This document shows, one piece after another, positions 1 through 12,130 of a stretch of DNA of 64,000 bases (the first letter of the stretch is position 1; each line of letters opens with the position of its first letter). This DNA comes from Lingula anatina (lineage: Eukaryota > Animalia > Brachiopoda). The position numbers were made by a program, and so were the translations under genes. A model generated the notes under the pieces. The model was not told where the DNA came from. It searched no databases and saw nothing but the letters and a program-made list of their open reading frames with translations. Where the stretch lies: assembly GCA_051362555.1 (NCBI GenBank), contig CM120642.1, forward strand, positions 620,001-684,000. Direction: 5' to 3'.

Positions 1-252
1 AAAAAGGGAATTACACTACTTAATTCAGGGCCGTAGCCTGAGCAAAATGCCAGGGGGGGCAGTAAGCGGACACGAGGGGGCGAAGCTACCGAGGGGGGAG
101 GGTGTGGTGTGTAAAATTCCAAATTCCAGATTCCAGCTAGAAAACATTGCATATAACGGGAAACTTGAAACACAGGGGAATGATCAGCCTATCACCAGGA
201 ATTAATGTGTATATGGCAACTTCGAAGTTTTGATATGCCTAATATACATGTA

Positions 253-3200
253 TACTATTGCCCAAAATGGTTGGTACACGTCGAAAATAAGTTTACTTTT
301 TGGAATATTTTACTCTTATTTCTAAAACGTAATACTTGGTACAAAAAAGGAGTCGTTGCAGCAATTGGCTCGACATTAAGTAACATGCATGTGTACTATG
401 AACACTTTTCAGTCAGTCACTCTCCACTGGTTATGACTGGAATGTCTGGGGTGTGTGAAACATGTCACAGAGTTTTGGGACAGTGCTGGTGGGGTGGGGT
501 GCGTTTGTCATGTTCTGTCAGTTTTTGCGGAAATTTGCAATATTAGTAACTGTGTCTACCGATTACTGAGACCATGCTGCGACCTACAGATATGATAATA
601 CGGCACTAGATGGTTGCATATGCAAATGTCACAGCACAAAAAGTCAATTTTCAGCTGTTTTACTCTTCAGGAAATGGGTCTGAATATTCTCTTTACAAGC
701 CTTTTCAACGGTGTAAAGCTCTACCGGAAAGGTCAGGGTCTACGGGTTTACTACCCTTTTATGCCTAAGCTTAAAATTGTAGTTGCACTATTACTACGTC
801 TTTCCGATCAAGTAAAGGCGTCTAAAAACAACCTCTTTACAACTCCTTTCCTATCAAATATAGGCGATTTTTGACACGTCTTTATAACCCTTTTCCGATG
901 AAGTAAATGCGATATGAGGTAAGTCATTATAACCCTTTCCGATCAAATAAAGGCGATTTTAGGTAAGTCTTTACTACCCTTATCTAATCAAATATGGACG
1001 ATTATAGTTATTTCAATTACTTATAGCACTGATAATGTTTCAAATTCATGTAGCATTTCTTTTAATGAGAGGAAGGCTTGTGAATCTTCAATTATAGTAA
1101 TTTATTGCAAAAAAACAACAATAACCATTACAATGCAGTGGGAATTATGTTTATAAAGCGCAATACAGCTACTATTTTTCACAAGTGGAAAGTAATCTAA
1201 CACTAATGTATTATTTTGTACACTCATTATACGCACACCCTAAACAATAGCGAATACCATTAAAAAATTTACCTAGTAAAATAATTACGCAAATAAATAC
1301 GAATAAATACGAACTACATTTAAATTTCCAGAACAAAATCTAAGCAAAAGTACAATTACAGGAATGTCACAGATTCATAAGTAGTCAGGCTTTTTCCATT
1401 ATTTATCAGACATCTGGTAAACATATGATGAAAACGAAAACGACTACTACTTATCCATCGACTTAATGTATTTGCAGAGAGTGGCCGCTCGTTAAATAAC
1501 ATGCCAATTATGTGTGCCCTAATTGCCCGACCCCGTTTTAAAAATTACACTCATTAGGTATTTTTGTTCACATTGAGTAAGGCGATGAAGCCTAGCTTCC
1601 AAGGAAAGATGAAATATTGTCACCAAAACCCCTAAAAAATGCGTAGGCTAAAGAAATAAAATAACATTAACATAAAATAAAATTAAAAAGAAGAGAAACG
1701 CAACACATAATGTACCTGAAATATCCGACTAACTTAAAGTATTTAATCAAAATCAAATAAATGCTGCTCAAATTCTAAGAGAAAAATGTACTTTCAGAAT
1801 AAATCTGTAGAAAATACAGCTATTTATTTCTTGAGGTGTGTGAAACGTTCATCTTATTTAGCGTGATTCTTGAAGCACCCCATTCACGCGACTTGTGAAT
1901 GCAATTGTTTATTCTCCGCTCTTCGTGAAACGAAGACATTATACCCGGTGATACGTGATTTTCAGGATATTTTTAAAATGCCTACTATCAGTGAGATAAT
2001 AATACACTATGATTTGTGTATTGATGATTTAGCTTCCCGCGTACTGTGGTCATTCCCCTCCCCAATTGAACTTTCAAGACTGGGCCTGAATTAAAATATA
2101 TCAGTTTACTTGGGATCACAGCAAAATAATATACAAATATATGTTCAAATATAAGAAGTACTGATCTCATTGTAATAACAATATATATAAAAACAGTAAA
2201 TAAAAATTAATCACCGTAAAGGAGATATATTAACATTTTTCAAGTTGAATACCGTGATATCTAATCTACAACTGTGGACTCAAATCGCCCTTGCGTGTAA
2301 ATTATTTTCCACACATCAATTTGAGCACTTCTTTAGCCTGGCAGACCCCCGCGTCAGATATTTCTGCCGTTGCCCATTTCAACGCCTTCCTCTTGTTCAG
2401 TGCTCTATCGCCCTTTCCTTTTTCCAGTGCGGTGTCTTTCTTAATGGTTTTTGTGCAGATATAACGAAAAGATATCTATATATATAAATATATATAAATA
2501 TATATAATGTGTAATGACGTGTTAAACATAACTGAGTAAAGGGAACAGCATGTCTGACTAAAAAAAATTCAGAGAAAGTATCAGGATTGAGAATTACAAG
2601 AATGCATGTACCACTACAGCAGACATGGAGAATGTAATAAAATCAAAGACTTGGTAATTTATCAACACACATTGATAATCAATTATTAAAAATGAAAATA
2701 AATGAATATCATGAAAATAACAAAAGGAATAAAACCACTTACTGTCTTCATCCTCTCGTTTTTCCTGTACATATACTTTGTACTCTGTCTCTGTGGCTAT
2801 CTTCACACCACACCACATCCTCCGCTTTGTAGTTGCGATTTAATATTCGTTGTTTAGGGGTGGTCGGCTCATGTCTTAGTTAAAATAACTCTTATCAAAA
2901 TAACACGATCCAGGACTGGGCCCCTGGGGACGTGTGTTTTGACAGCGCCCCTGGTTAAAAGCTTTGAGATTGCTTTTGGGACGTTAGAGTTTAGATTGAA
3001 GTATAAAAGTCCCTTAGATGCGTTATCACGTGTTTGTGAAGAGATGACAACGGTGATAGAACGTGTCCGTCTTATAATTCTGATTCGAATTATGTTAGAT
3101 AACTATTTATTGCCGTATTCAATATTATCGGCTGTTGTTTCACTTCGGTATATTGTGAGAGAGGTGTCTCGCCTCTGTTTGTGTTTGACCTGAAGGGCCG

Positions 3201-6127
3201 ACTGTACGAGATACACACAGTGCGGCGGGGGAAACGAAAAAAAGGGGGGGGGTTGGACTGGTTGCAGAAAGCGCTTTTCGGTCAACAAGTGACCTTTATC
3301 AGCTGCAGAGTCCTGAAAAAAAGAGGGGGGGGGGGATGTGCTTAAGCAAAGAAGTGAGAAACCAAAAAACTTTGTTAAAGCCTTCATCACCGCGGTTGGA
3401 AAGAGGTTACATAAAAGGTTAAATAGCTTATTGGCCACCATGCTGCTTGTTATACTGACCTCTGCTCATGAGTTATCTCTCGACCACCGTGTTTCAATGG
3501 TACTTCATGTGAAAACTGTGTTAATTACTGGTAGCAATCCCCATACAAATACAACCGAATCCGGCTGTCATCTAAAGCAGGCCTGTCCTTCTCTGTCAAA
3601 TCCCAGAACTTAAAAACAAAATAGCCGTTTTTGACTTGCGGCGATTTACTTATCTTCATGTGAAAAATGAATTTCTATGAAGAAATCAGTATATTGCGAT
3701 ATGATACATTTTCATTAGCAGAAACCGTGTAAAAGTGACACACGATGCACGTTTAATGTGCAGTGATTCTTCACTTACGTGGTTTAACCACCCCCCTCTC
3801 TTCGTCACCCACTGTGAGCAAGATATCATCATCAATAGAAAAGTACTCCTGTTATATACGTATTACAGCACATCATACTTATAATGTTTGCTATATATCA
3901 ACATATTTATCGCTGCTTAAACTTGCAAAATAACAATGGTCTTATAGTTATTCAGTTTTTCAAACAAGGTTTTTTATGACAGGTAGTTTAAAACTAATGG
4001 TTTACTAATGGTTCTAGACAGGGTCTATCGAGCGAAATCGTATCGCGGGATGTACTACGATCAGTTGTGGGGCAATACTTATTCATAAAATAAAAAAATG
4101 TTCTAATGCATCTCCAGTCAACATTGGTATTAAAGTATTTTTGTTTTCGTCTTTTAGCTGGATGAAATATTGAAGGTGGCCGTGACGTACATTGTTGTTA
4201 GTCGGGCTTTGTTGAAATTTCCCCGGCCAACAGCGCATAGAGTGACACCTCTTTATCTTTTTTTGTTTGTTCTCCGCTCAGTGTTGATTAAATATTAGAA
4301 CGTTTAACGGTCACCCGCTGGTTCTTCCAACTCCCTTATTAATTGAAGATTGGTTGCACCACTGCACACGCTGATTCAATGCATAAGCACTACGTCCATC
4401 AGTGTAATAAACATTACGATCTATTTAAACTGCCGCAGTCTAAATCGCGATCGTCTAAGGAATCTTTATTTTAAAATACACCTTATTAATTGAAAAAATA
4501 AAAATTGAAAATACACTGACTGTGTATCATGATTTCAGTGAAATGATTTTTACTCTGAAGACACCTTAAAACGTATCCTATAAAATCCAGATTGTAAGCG
4601 CAACTGTGATTAACAATTTCTATAGTACAAGCGACAAGTTAAATGCTAGACGGTTATGTTGCTGCAACCAGAGTTGCATTATTCAAGGCCGCGGCCAAAC
4701 TTTTAATAATCAAACAGCATGGAATTGACCAAGTCTTATTCATTATAATTAATTGCAATTTTATGGAAATAATGATCATGTTTTAAATATAGACTTTGAT
4801 ATCGCTTCCAAGCAATCTGTATTAATTTAAAATGGTTTTTGAGACGACTGTGAATTGGACTGGATTTGATAGATCAAATACAACTTTTAGGGATAAATCA
4901 GCAAAGAGAAATGAAATAATGAATAACAAAATATGATAAGCTCTCGGGGGAAGCTTCCTCAGGAGAGATGTTCTTATGATCGGGATGATCACGAATTTCG
5001 TCAGTATATACAAGGTACATGTAGCGCACCTAAGAGAGCGGGCCAAAACTGCCAAAGCCATTGCCTTGGAGCAACAGGCCCAACATTTGGCTCGATTGTC
5101 TCGCCAGACGGTAAACCGCAGGCTGTTGGAACGCGACTATCCTTCAAGAAGAATGTTGAAGAAGCCACTATCGGCACCTGCACATCGAGCAAACAGGCTG
5201 CAGTGGACGCGGCAGAACCGTAACCTTATGGTCCAACATTGGAATCGCATGGTGCTTGCTGATGAGTCCCGTTTTCTACTGTATCAAAGAGATGGAAGAA
5301 TGAGAATGTACAGACTCGTTGGAGAATGGGTGTTGACTGAAAATATCCAAGAAACATTAGCTGGACGAGTTGTTTCTGTACATGTTTGGGGTGCCATTTG
5401 CAGCAACGGCACTTGCCCATTGCTTCTTTGAATGAAAACCTTAACGCTGCAAGATACAGGGGCATTCTCTAACAGAACTTGGAGCCATTCGCAAGAGGGA
5501 TATATAGAGACAATTTTAGATTGCAACATGACAATGCAACTCCCCATACAGCCCGCTAAATTAACGACTATATCCACCAAAACAACATTCAGCTAAAGCC
5601 ACAGCCAGCAAGCAGCGCAGATGCATACCCAATTAAGCACAAGTGGAACTTCCGCTGCAAATTTAGATCAACTTCGAGATGCACTTCAAGTTGAATGGAC
5701 CAGAATTCCTCTCCAAACTGCTGTAACTCTAGTTCACAGTATGCCACGCCGTCTGGCGGCCATAATCCAAGCTCGCGGTGAAGTATTCCCGCTACTGAGA
5801 TTAATAATGAAGTCTGAAGGGTTTTCATTACAATCTCCCCAAATTTCATATTATTTGGCAATCACAGTACAAATTTATGTTTAATTTTTCACTTGTACCT
5901 GTTGTATAAAAAATACACATTTTGGGGGGGCATGAGGAAAAAACCCTTAATAAATAAATGCTTATCTTAGATTTGCATTTTTTGTTTCTCTTTCACTTTG
6001 CTTATCCTCCAGCTTCACATATTTAGCAATATAAAGGGCATAATTTTGGTAATAACAATAACAATGAAAGAAATTGAGCAAAATGCATTCCAAAATTTCC
6101 GTGTACCAACCATTTTGGGCAAGAGTG
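253..6127 (+). mobile_element. Decayed Tc1-family transposon enlarged to 5.9 kb
   Basis: 28-bp TIRs (tactattgcccaaaatggttggtacacg / cgtgtaccaaccattttgggcaagagtg, 26/28 match) with TA on both sides. Broken transposase at ~4930-5790 (WNRMVLADESRF, VHVWGAI, LQHDNATPH, SMPRRLAAIIQARG). Confidence 0.85.
800..1003. repeat. Degenerate ~45-bp tandem repeat (about 5 units); also ~38516-38715
   Basis: Recurring tttccgatcaaataaaggcgatttt...gtctttataaccc. Confidence 0.75.
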
Positions 6128-6481
6128 TATGTTTGTCAACTACCTCACTCTAATGGTCTAGGAGGAGATTGCAGGTAACACATTGTGAGAAAAGATTAGA
6201 ATTAACCTCCCTCCAGGGACAACTAGGTTCATTAAAATTTTACAGTGCCCATGTATAGCCCTGATGCCAGGTCTACCAATCACTCAAGTTTCAACTTCAT
6301 AACTGTAATGGTCGATGAATGGGCGGGATTATTTGATATCAGGATTTCGTCTCAAAAGTGTGGGGATAAAAATGAATAAATAAAATGTTTTTTTCTTAAT
6401 GCTGATCCTGCTCCAGTATGCATATATGTGAAGGTTTCAGCCCTGTAAGAAATCATGAAATGTACATTATGGAGCACTCTT

Positions 6482-6757
6482 CAGGGGCAGATCCAAGATT
6501 CTTGGAAGGGGGAGGTCCGCAGATGTGAAGCCCACCCTCTCCCCTCCTTGGTGTGGGGTTTCGGGGACCCTCTTAAGGGCCCCCAAAATTTGGTATTTTA
6601 GAACTTTGCCATTTGAACGGTGCCATTTGGTGCAGTTAACAACTATGATTCTGCTAGCCAAAATTCTAATTTTCCAAGGAGGACTATTGGTGTGATTTTT
6701 TAAAGAAATTGAAGGAGTGAGGACGACCTTGACCCCAAAACCTTAAATCTGCCACTG
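6482..6757. mobile_element. MITE with CAGKGGCGGAT-type termini; related copy in opposite orientation at 9608-9888
   Basis: caggggcagatcc...aaatctgccactg at this site and cagtggcggatgt...ggatttcgcccctg at 9608-9888, with shared internal sequence. Confidence 0.65.
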
Positions 6758-7071
6758 CCTCCGTCTTCCCCTATACCATTAACTAGCCAACTAGATTTTT
6801 GTTTATGCATAAAAATTGGTTCAATAAAGTCAGTCAGTAATTTCCACTCATTGTAGCTCTGTTCTGACAGGTCTACCATTATATCTGACGCCAATCTTCT
6901 CAAAATCATGCACAATCGTGTTTGATTTTATACTATCTTCGATGATAGGCAAAACCGCAAGTATTCATATTGATTCCTCTCATATATTCCTGGTTTTGAT
7001 TTATACAAGTTAAATTAATTTTGTCAGTATTCCATATTATATTGTTATTTGATGGACAGTATCATATTACT

Positions 7072-8524
7072 TTTTTCAGCTGAGTCTGTCGTCACCGTCG
7101 CCATCGTTGCAGTGCACTTTCACTGATAACAGGATTATTGGAAAACCAATTTACCTTTTGGCTTGAAACATACATAACTGATGGATATTCATAATACGCA
7201 GGTCAAGTTCGAAAATAAGCATGATCGGGCTATTTTTATGGCAGTTATGCTATTTTTTCACTTTTTTCAGCATATACGTGTATGCAATACCAATAACAAG
7301 TGAAAAACCGTTTTACTTTTTGGCTTGAAACGTACAGAACTGTTGAAAATTTATAATACTCAGGTCAAATTAGAAAACCAGCTCTATTGGATTATCATTT
7401 TTATTAATTTTATGCATTATTTGTGAAATTTTCATTTTTCTCATTCTGGCATTTTCTAAGTGTGAACTTCAACTCTCATGGGTCTGAAGCCTTGTGCTTT
7501 TACTTTCATTGGTATCACCTGTTGTGCATAATCAAAATTTGATATTGACTGTGCAGTTAAGCATAATGAATTATTGCATGAGAATTGACAGTCTCCTATT
7601 TTGTGTATTATTATTTTCTCCTCTTTTTAAAGTGTCACTTATGGGCCTGAAGGCCTTTGCTAGTCACATTTGGGTGGTCAGTCTGTCATTTTTCCTTGGG
7701 TAATCATTAGCTAAGTTCAGGGCTATTAAGTCACTTGCCTTCAATTAAGATACATGTGGCCATGAAATGAGATTACATAAAACACCACTTGTATTGCCCT
7801 GTAAACTCCCATAGGTTAAATTCTTTGCCAAATAAGTGTTCATAATAAGTAAGCAGTGATAATTATGCAGGTAAATGTTGTTTTATATTGCAAATAAGCT
7901 TTCCAAAAAATTATCATTGTCATAGATGAATTATTATCCTCAAACTCAATGGGGTTATTCATGTTAATACAGTAAGTAAAAGTTTGATTAGCAGCTTTAT
8001 TCGAATATTTTTGTTATGTTTTCTTTTTAATTTTTTTGTCAAACACTGGCATTTTTAAGATGTGACTTTTAACTCCCATCCACCTGAAGCTCTGCACATT
8101 TTCTGTATTTCCACAAAAGCAGTTGTATTGGTATTTATATCTTTAAACATTATGTTATATTTATTTATGCACTGTCATCATTTTTCAAATATTGGGATTC
8201 TTTATTTGAATTTGAACTCTCATGGTCCTGAAACTGTAATCTTATTGCAGAGGCGGATTGAGACCATATTCTGGGTCTTCTGAAAGACGGTCAGATTTTA
8301 AAGTTTACATTGACGGGTTTCTATTTTTTCTGTAGGAAGACCATCAAAAATGGAGGATGGATCAACATAGATAATTTGGAACTCTGTAGGAAAATATATC
8401 TGGATCCGCTCCTTTTATTGACCATGCCACCTGTGCATGATTAAAATTCAGTGTTGATTGACTGCATTATTTATTATTGTATCAAAATTGACAAAATGAC
8501 ATATTTTCTGCATCTTTATTTTCT
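7072..8524 (+). mobile_element. Truncated Helentron-type non-autonomous element (also ~44623-46075)
   Basis: (GTC)n-like start, ~161-bp repeat units and 3' body homologous to 34132-35646. Confidence 0.7.
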
Positions 8525-8594
8525 TGAGGATGTAAAATATTGCAGAAGAAAGATAAGCAAACTGTTCATATTTTGTTTCATTCCAGCATAGAAG

Positions 8595-8629
8595 TATAAA
8601 GCACTAAGTGTAAAATCAGCCAATCAGTG
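8595..8629 (+). promoter_or_regulatory. Possible TATA box plus initiator (TATAAA at -31, TCAGTG)
   Basis: TATAAA at 8595-8600 and TCAGT at 8624-8628 show canonical TATA/Inr spacing. This would leave only a 4-nt 5'UTR, and a competing acceptor lies at 8586. Confidence 0.25.
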
Positions 8630-8702
8630 ATGGGATTGTTGTTCTGGCGGCTTCTTCTGGTTTTGATGGGGTGTGTCTTGGTCCGCCACACTGTCTCATC
8701 AG
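8630..8702 (+). CDS. Signal-peptide exon (MGLLFWRLLLVLMGCVLVRHTVSS), copy A
   Basis: ATG at 8630, hydrophobic core, V-S-S cleavage-like end, and strong phase-1 donor CAG|GTAAGT at 8702/8703. Upstream acceptor ttcattccag ends at 8586. Confidence 0.85.
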
Positions 8703-8729
8703 GTAAGTAAAAGGGCAGGCTGAAAGAGT

Positions 8730-8737
8730 ATATATAA

Positions 8738-8826
<89 letters not shown>

Positions 8827-8858
8827 CATTAATTAAGTAGAGGGACAAGACTGACAGA

Positions 8859-8930
<72 letters not shown>
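8730..8930. repeat. Compound (TA)n(GA)n and (TA)n microsatellites; other (TA)n tracts at ~9965-10020, 18638-18664, 26186-26247, 46280-46444, 60230-60315
   Basis: Directly visible. Lengths differ between copies. Confidence 0.95.
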
Positions 8931-9331
8931 GTAGATTGACGGACTGTTCTGCCGAACATGTAAATAAAGGGGCCAAACTGACGGATAAAAGGTCTATACT
9001 GCATTACTCATCAGGAAAACATATTGATAATGTAATTAATTATATTAGTTTTGGTTTTGTTTAATTCTGTTTTTTGCTCAGGGGAGTTGGAGAGGAAATA
9101 TGATGAATGATATATCAAATGTAAAAAAAAGGTTTTACTGTGAAAGTGAAGTAAATTTAAATTAATCTGATGAACTATAAGAATGGTGACAGTGTGGACA
9201 TCAAAACACATATAAGAGGATGTTTTAGATTAATATTAATACTTAAATTCCCTATATGTAAGATGTAGCTAAATTGTAAACTGAATGAAATGTTAAGTAT
9301 GTAATTGGTTAAATAGTAAATTTCTTTTCAG

Positions 9332-9337
9332 CCAGTT
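9332..9337 (+). CDS. Candidate 6-nt frame-preserving microexon (CCAGTT), copy A
   Basis: tttcttttcag|CCAGTT|gtgagt: near-consensus acceptor and donor, phase 1-1. Identical in copy B. Confidence 0.45.
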
Positions 9338-9989
9338 GTGAGTCTCACTCTCACTAGTGCGCTTCAAATGGTGTTTATCTGCAATTTAACTGCAATTTCA
9401 GAACACTTATTATTTTACATCTTCTTAACAAATGAGTAAATCTATTATTGGACTATAATTGGATAAATGTCTCCCCGCACACATTCCCCCATTGTGAAGG
9501 GGAGGTATCCCCCAGAGTGAGGGCCCGGGAGGCTACTTAGTTTTTGTGAAGGTTGAGGTAATGTTTGATTTTAAAAGCAGAGTCAGTCCAAGGTAAGATC
9601 ATTTCTACAGTGGCGGATGTAGAGGTGGGGGTCAGGGGGTCCTGACACCCCGTTCGGTTCCTGAAAAAAATGAAACTAATCATAATAATATTCCTCCTCC
9701 GTTAGAATTAGATTTTTATAAGCTGATTTATAGTACTAAACCATACCCAATGGCACCATTCACCCTTTAAAATACCAAAAATTTTCGGGGCCCTTCAACA
9801 GCCCCTGAACCCGGGCCCACACCAACTGGGATGAGGGTGGCTTTGTATCCGCGGACCCCCCTTCAAATTATCCTGGATTTCGCCCCTGGACTAAGATCAT
9901 GTAAATCATTTGTGATCTGAAAGTAAGATTAAGATCATTTTAGGCCTACTGATGCCTTGCTATGATATATATATATATATATATGTTCA

Positions 9990-10018
<29 letters not shown>

Positions 10019-10021
<3 letters not shown>

Positions 10022-10864
10022 TGAACAAAAATATAAACACACGAAAGAATATGTAGATTTATTTTCATATATGGAACTAGAATATATAGCCAAAAATAAC
10101 AGCATATTTTTCTCGACGAACAGACATCACTTTGAGAGCATTAGGGGAAGTTTAAATGCAAAGTCCAAGAGTTATGGCATCAAATACACCATGGGGGTCA
10201 ACATCCTGAGTTCACAGACACCATTAAATTTGTGCAGAGCAGTACACCAGCGGCGCATGGACATCACTTAGTTGTCAATAGAGGCCTGATGGATATTATC
10301 CCATCCCTCCTGGAGTGCTACTTGCAGTTTGCAAACATTCTCGAGAGCTGGAACATGATGGCTGAAAACTCTGATCCAGAACATTCCACAGGTGTTTGAT
10401 GGGCGACATGGTGCATGAGGGTGGTTCCTAATGCTACCAGTGTCTCTGAAGCGTGTTCCCAGACGACTGGCAGTGGAATGATGCACATTCAGGCATGCTG
10501 CAACTTCTGATACTGACCAGCCAGCACTGAACATGCTGATTGCACAGTTCCAGACATCTGTGGCATGTTGACAAGTGACAGAAATACACATTTTGGTGTG
10601 CCCTTTTATTGCCTAGACGGTAGAGAGTGTCTGTGTATTGGTCTTGCAGATTGACCTCCACTCTGTGATGCTCCATTAGTCTTATGGGTGTAAAAACTGA
10701 ACCTTTGAGTATACTCACTGGGAGCGGCCAAGTGAAACCAGACCACTATACTTAATCCAAACAAATCCATCAGTTCACAAATAAACCATCAAGCTGGGCA
10801 TATTTCATGATTATCCATTTCAACCGACCATTTTAGTTTTGTGCGTTTATATTTTTGTTCAGTA
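10019..10864 (-). mobile_element. Internally deleted Tc1-like element (~845 bp); copy B ~47495-48340
   Basis: TIRs ctgaacaaaaatataaac / gtttatatttttgttcag set in TA runs. Minus-strand HTH (AISMFSAGWSVSEVAACLNVHHSTASRL) fused to C-terminal LQVALQEGWDNI, with the DDE core missing. Confidence 0.88.
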
Positions 10865-11365
10865 TATATAAATGGTGCAAGAAAAATTACAAAAATAAAT
10901 AGCAACAAAATTACGTTTATATAGATAAACATCATTTAATTATATATCTGGCATTTCATAAGCAAAGTTCACTCTTTAGTTTAATCATAATTCAGACGCA
11001 TGTGAGCCTAACCCTTGCCGTAATGGTGGGTCTTGCAATCGCACTGGATATGGATCTGAATTTGGATTAGACTTCGAGTGCAGTTGTCCCATACGTTATT
11101 ATGGAATAATTTGCCATTATGGTAAGCTTTGCCTGCTAAATTCTGGATATGCCGACCTTTTATTATAAAGACAGTAGATAACAGCAAATATTTCTGCGAG
11201 AAATTTATGCGAGAAATGAAACTGGGATTCATAATAATTGTAAATAAATGGCATCTTGGAAGAAATTATTAAAATAACTAATATCATAAAATTTCATAAA
11301 TATAAACTTTGCAAACTGAAATAGCATGTATAACATGTAATTGGTATTACAAAATTCCTTTTCAG

Positions 11366-11497
11366 ACAAATGTGACCCTGGCGAATACCCCTGCTTTAAT
11401 AATGGCACTTGCATAATGTCATATGATAATATACATCATAGTTACAAACAGGCATGCAAGTGTACTGCTAATTTTCATGGAGACTATTGTGACTTAG
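11366..11497 (+). CDS. Canonical EGF-domain exon (DKCDPGEYPCFNNGTCIMSYDNIHHSYKQACKCTANFHGDYCDL), copy A
   Basis: ccttttcag acceptor, G|gtaaga donor, 132 nt, C-x6-C-x5-C-x14-C-x-C-x8-C. Confidence 0.93.
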
Positions 11498-11989
11498 GTA
11501 AGATTATAAGGGCTGTACATAAAAGCAAAACGTTCCAGGTTATAATGCAAAAAATTAACAATGACAGAAGTTAAGTAAATAAATATAGCAATTGCATTTG
11601 ACCCTCCTGATCTGCTTCATTTACAACATGTATATGTGTGGTACCATTTATTCAATGTTGATGAACGCGTTTGGTAATGACACGGAAAGGAGTTTATCTT
11701 TTTAGTGAGGAAATTGTGAATTTGACAGATACTGAATTTTTAAAGTCATAAATTCTTAAAATTAAAAATGTATAATGGTCGTTGGTCCAAAATAGAATTC
11801 ATTTATTCTAGGCAATGCACCCACCAGAAATAAAATGTTTTTCTACAGACCTCATTCAGATGACATACCTAACACATTTCAAGTGACCAAATGATTAAGT
11901 GATATTTTATATAATCAAGTCATATAATGATGTTGATTAAAAGTAAACTATATCAACTTACATTTTTCTTTTTGGAACTTAATTTACAG

Positions 11990-12130
11990 TGACATGTGGA
12001 GCAAATGCCCTGTGTATTCATCCAGGCACATCTAAAATATTGCATACTCGGGAATGTCCAGCAGTACATGTAAATGGCTACAAATGTGTTTGCAATTCTG
12101 GTTATGCAGGAGATGGAATAAACTGCACAA
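11990..12130 (+). CDS. Atypical EGF-like exon 2 (VTCGANALCIHPGTSKILHTRECPAVHVNGYKCVCNSGYAGDGINCT), copy A
   Basis: tttacag acceptor, A|gtaagt donor, 141 nt, CGANAxC and CxCxxGYxGDGxxC motifs. Confidence 0.93.

Noticed and set aside
205-874. ORFs 205..546 and 614..874 conserved in both copies
   Set aside because: Conservation reflects recent duplication. They span a transposon end, with no coding motifs.
8578-9004. Minus-strand ORFs with IYIY/SLSL runs (also 46129, 60078, 60203)
   Set aside because: Translations of (TA)n/(GA)n microsatellites.
11366-11497. Assignment to a named gene (EGFR ligand, mussel foot protein 2, EGIP, fibropellin)
   Set aside because: Only generic EGF similarity is visible: GDYC rather than the GxRC of EGFR ligands, and no Ca-binding consensus. 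No symbol can be supported without a search.
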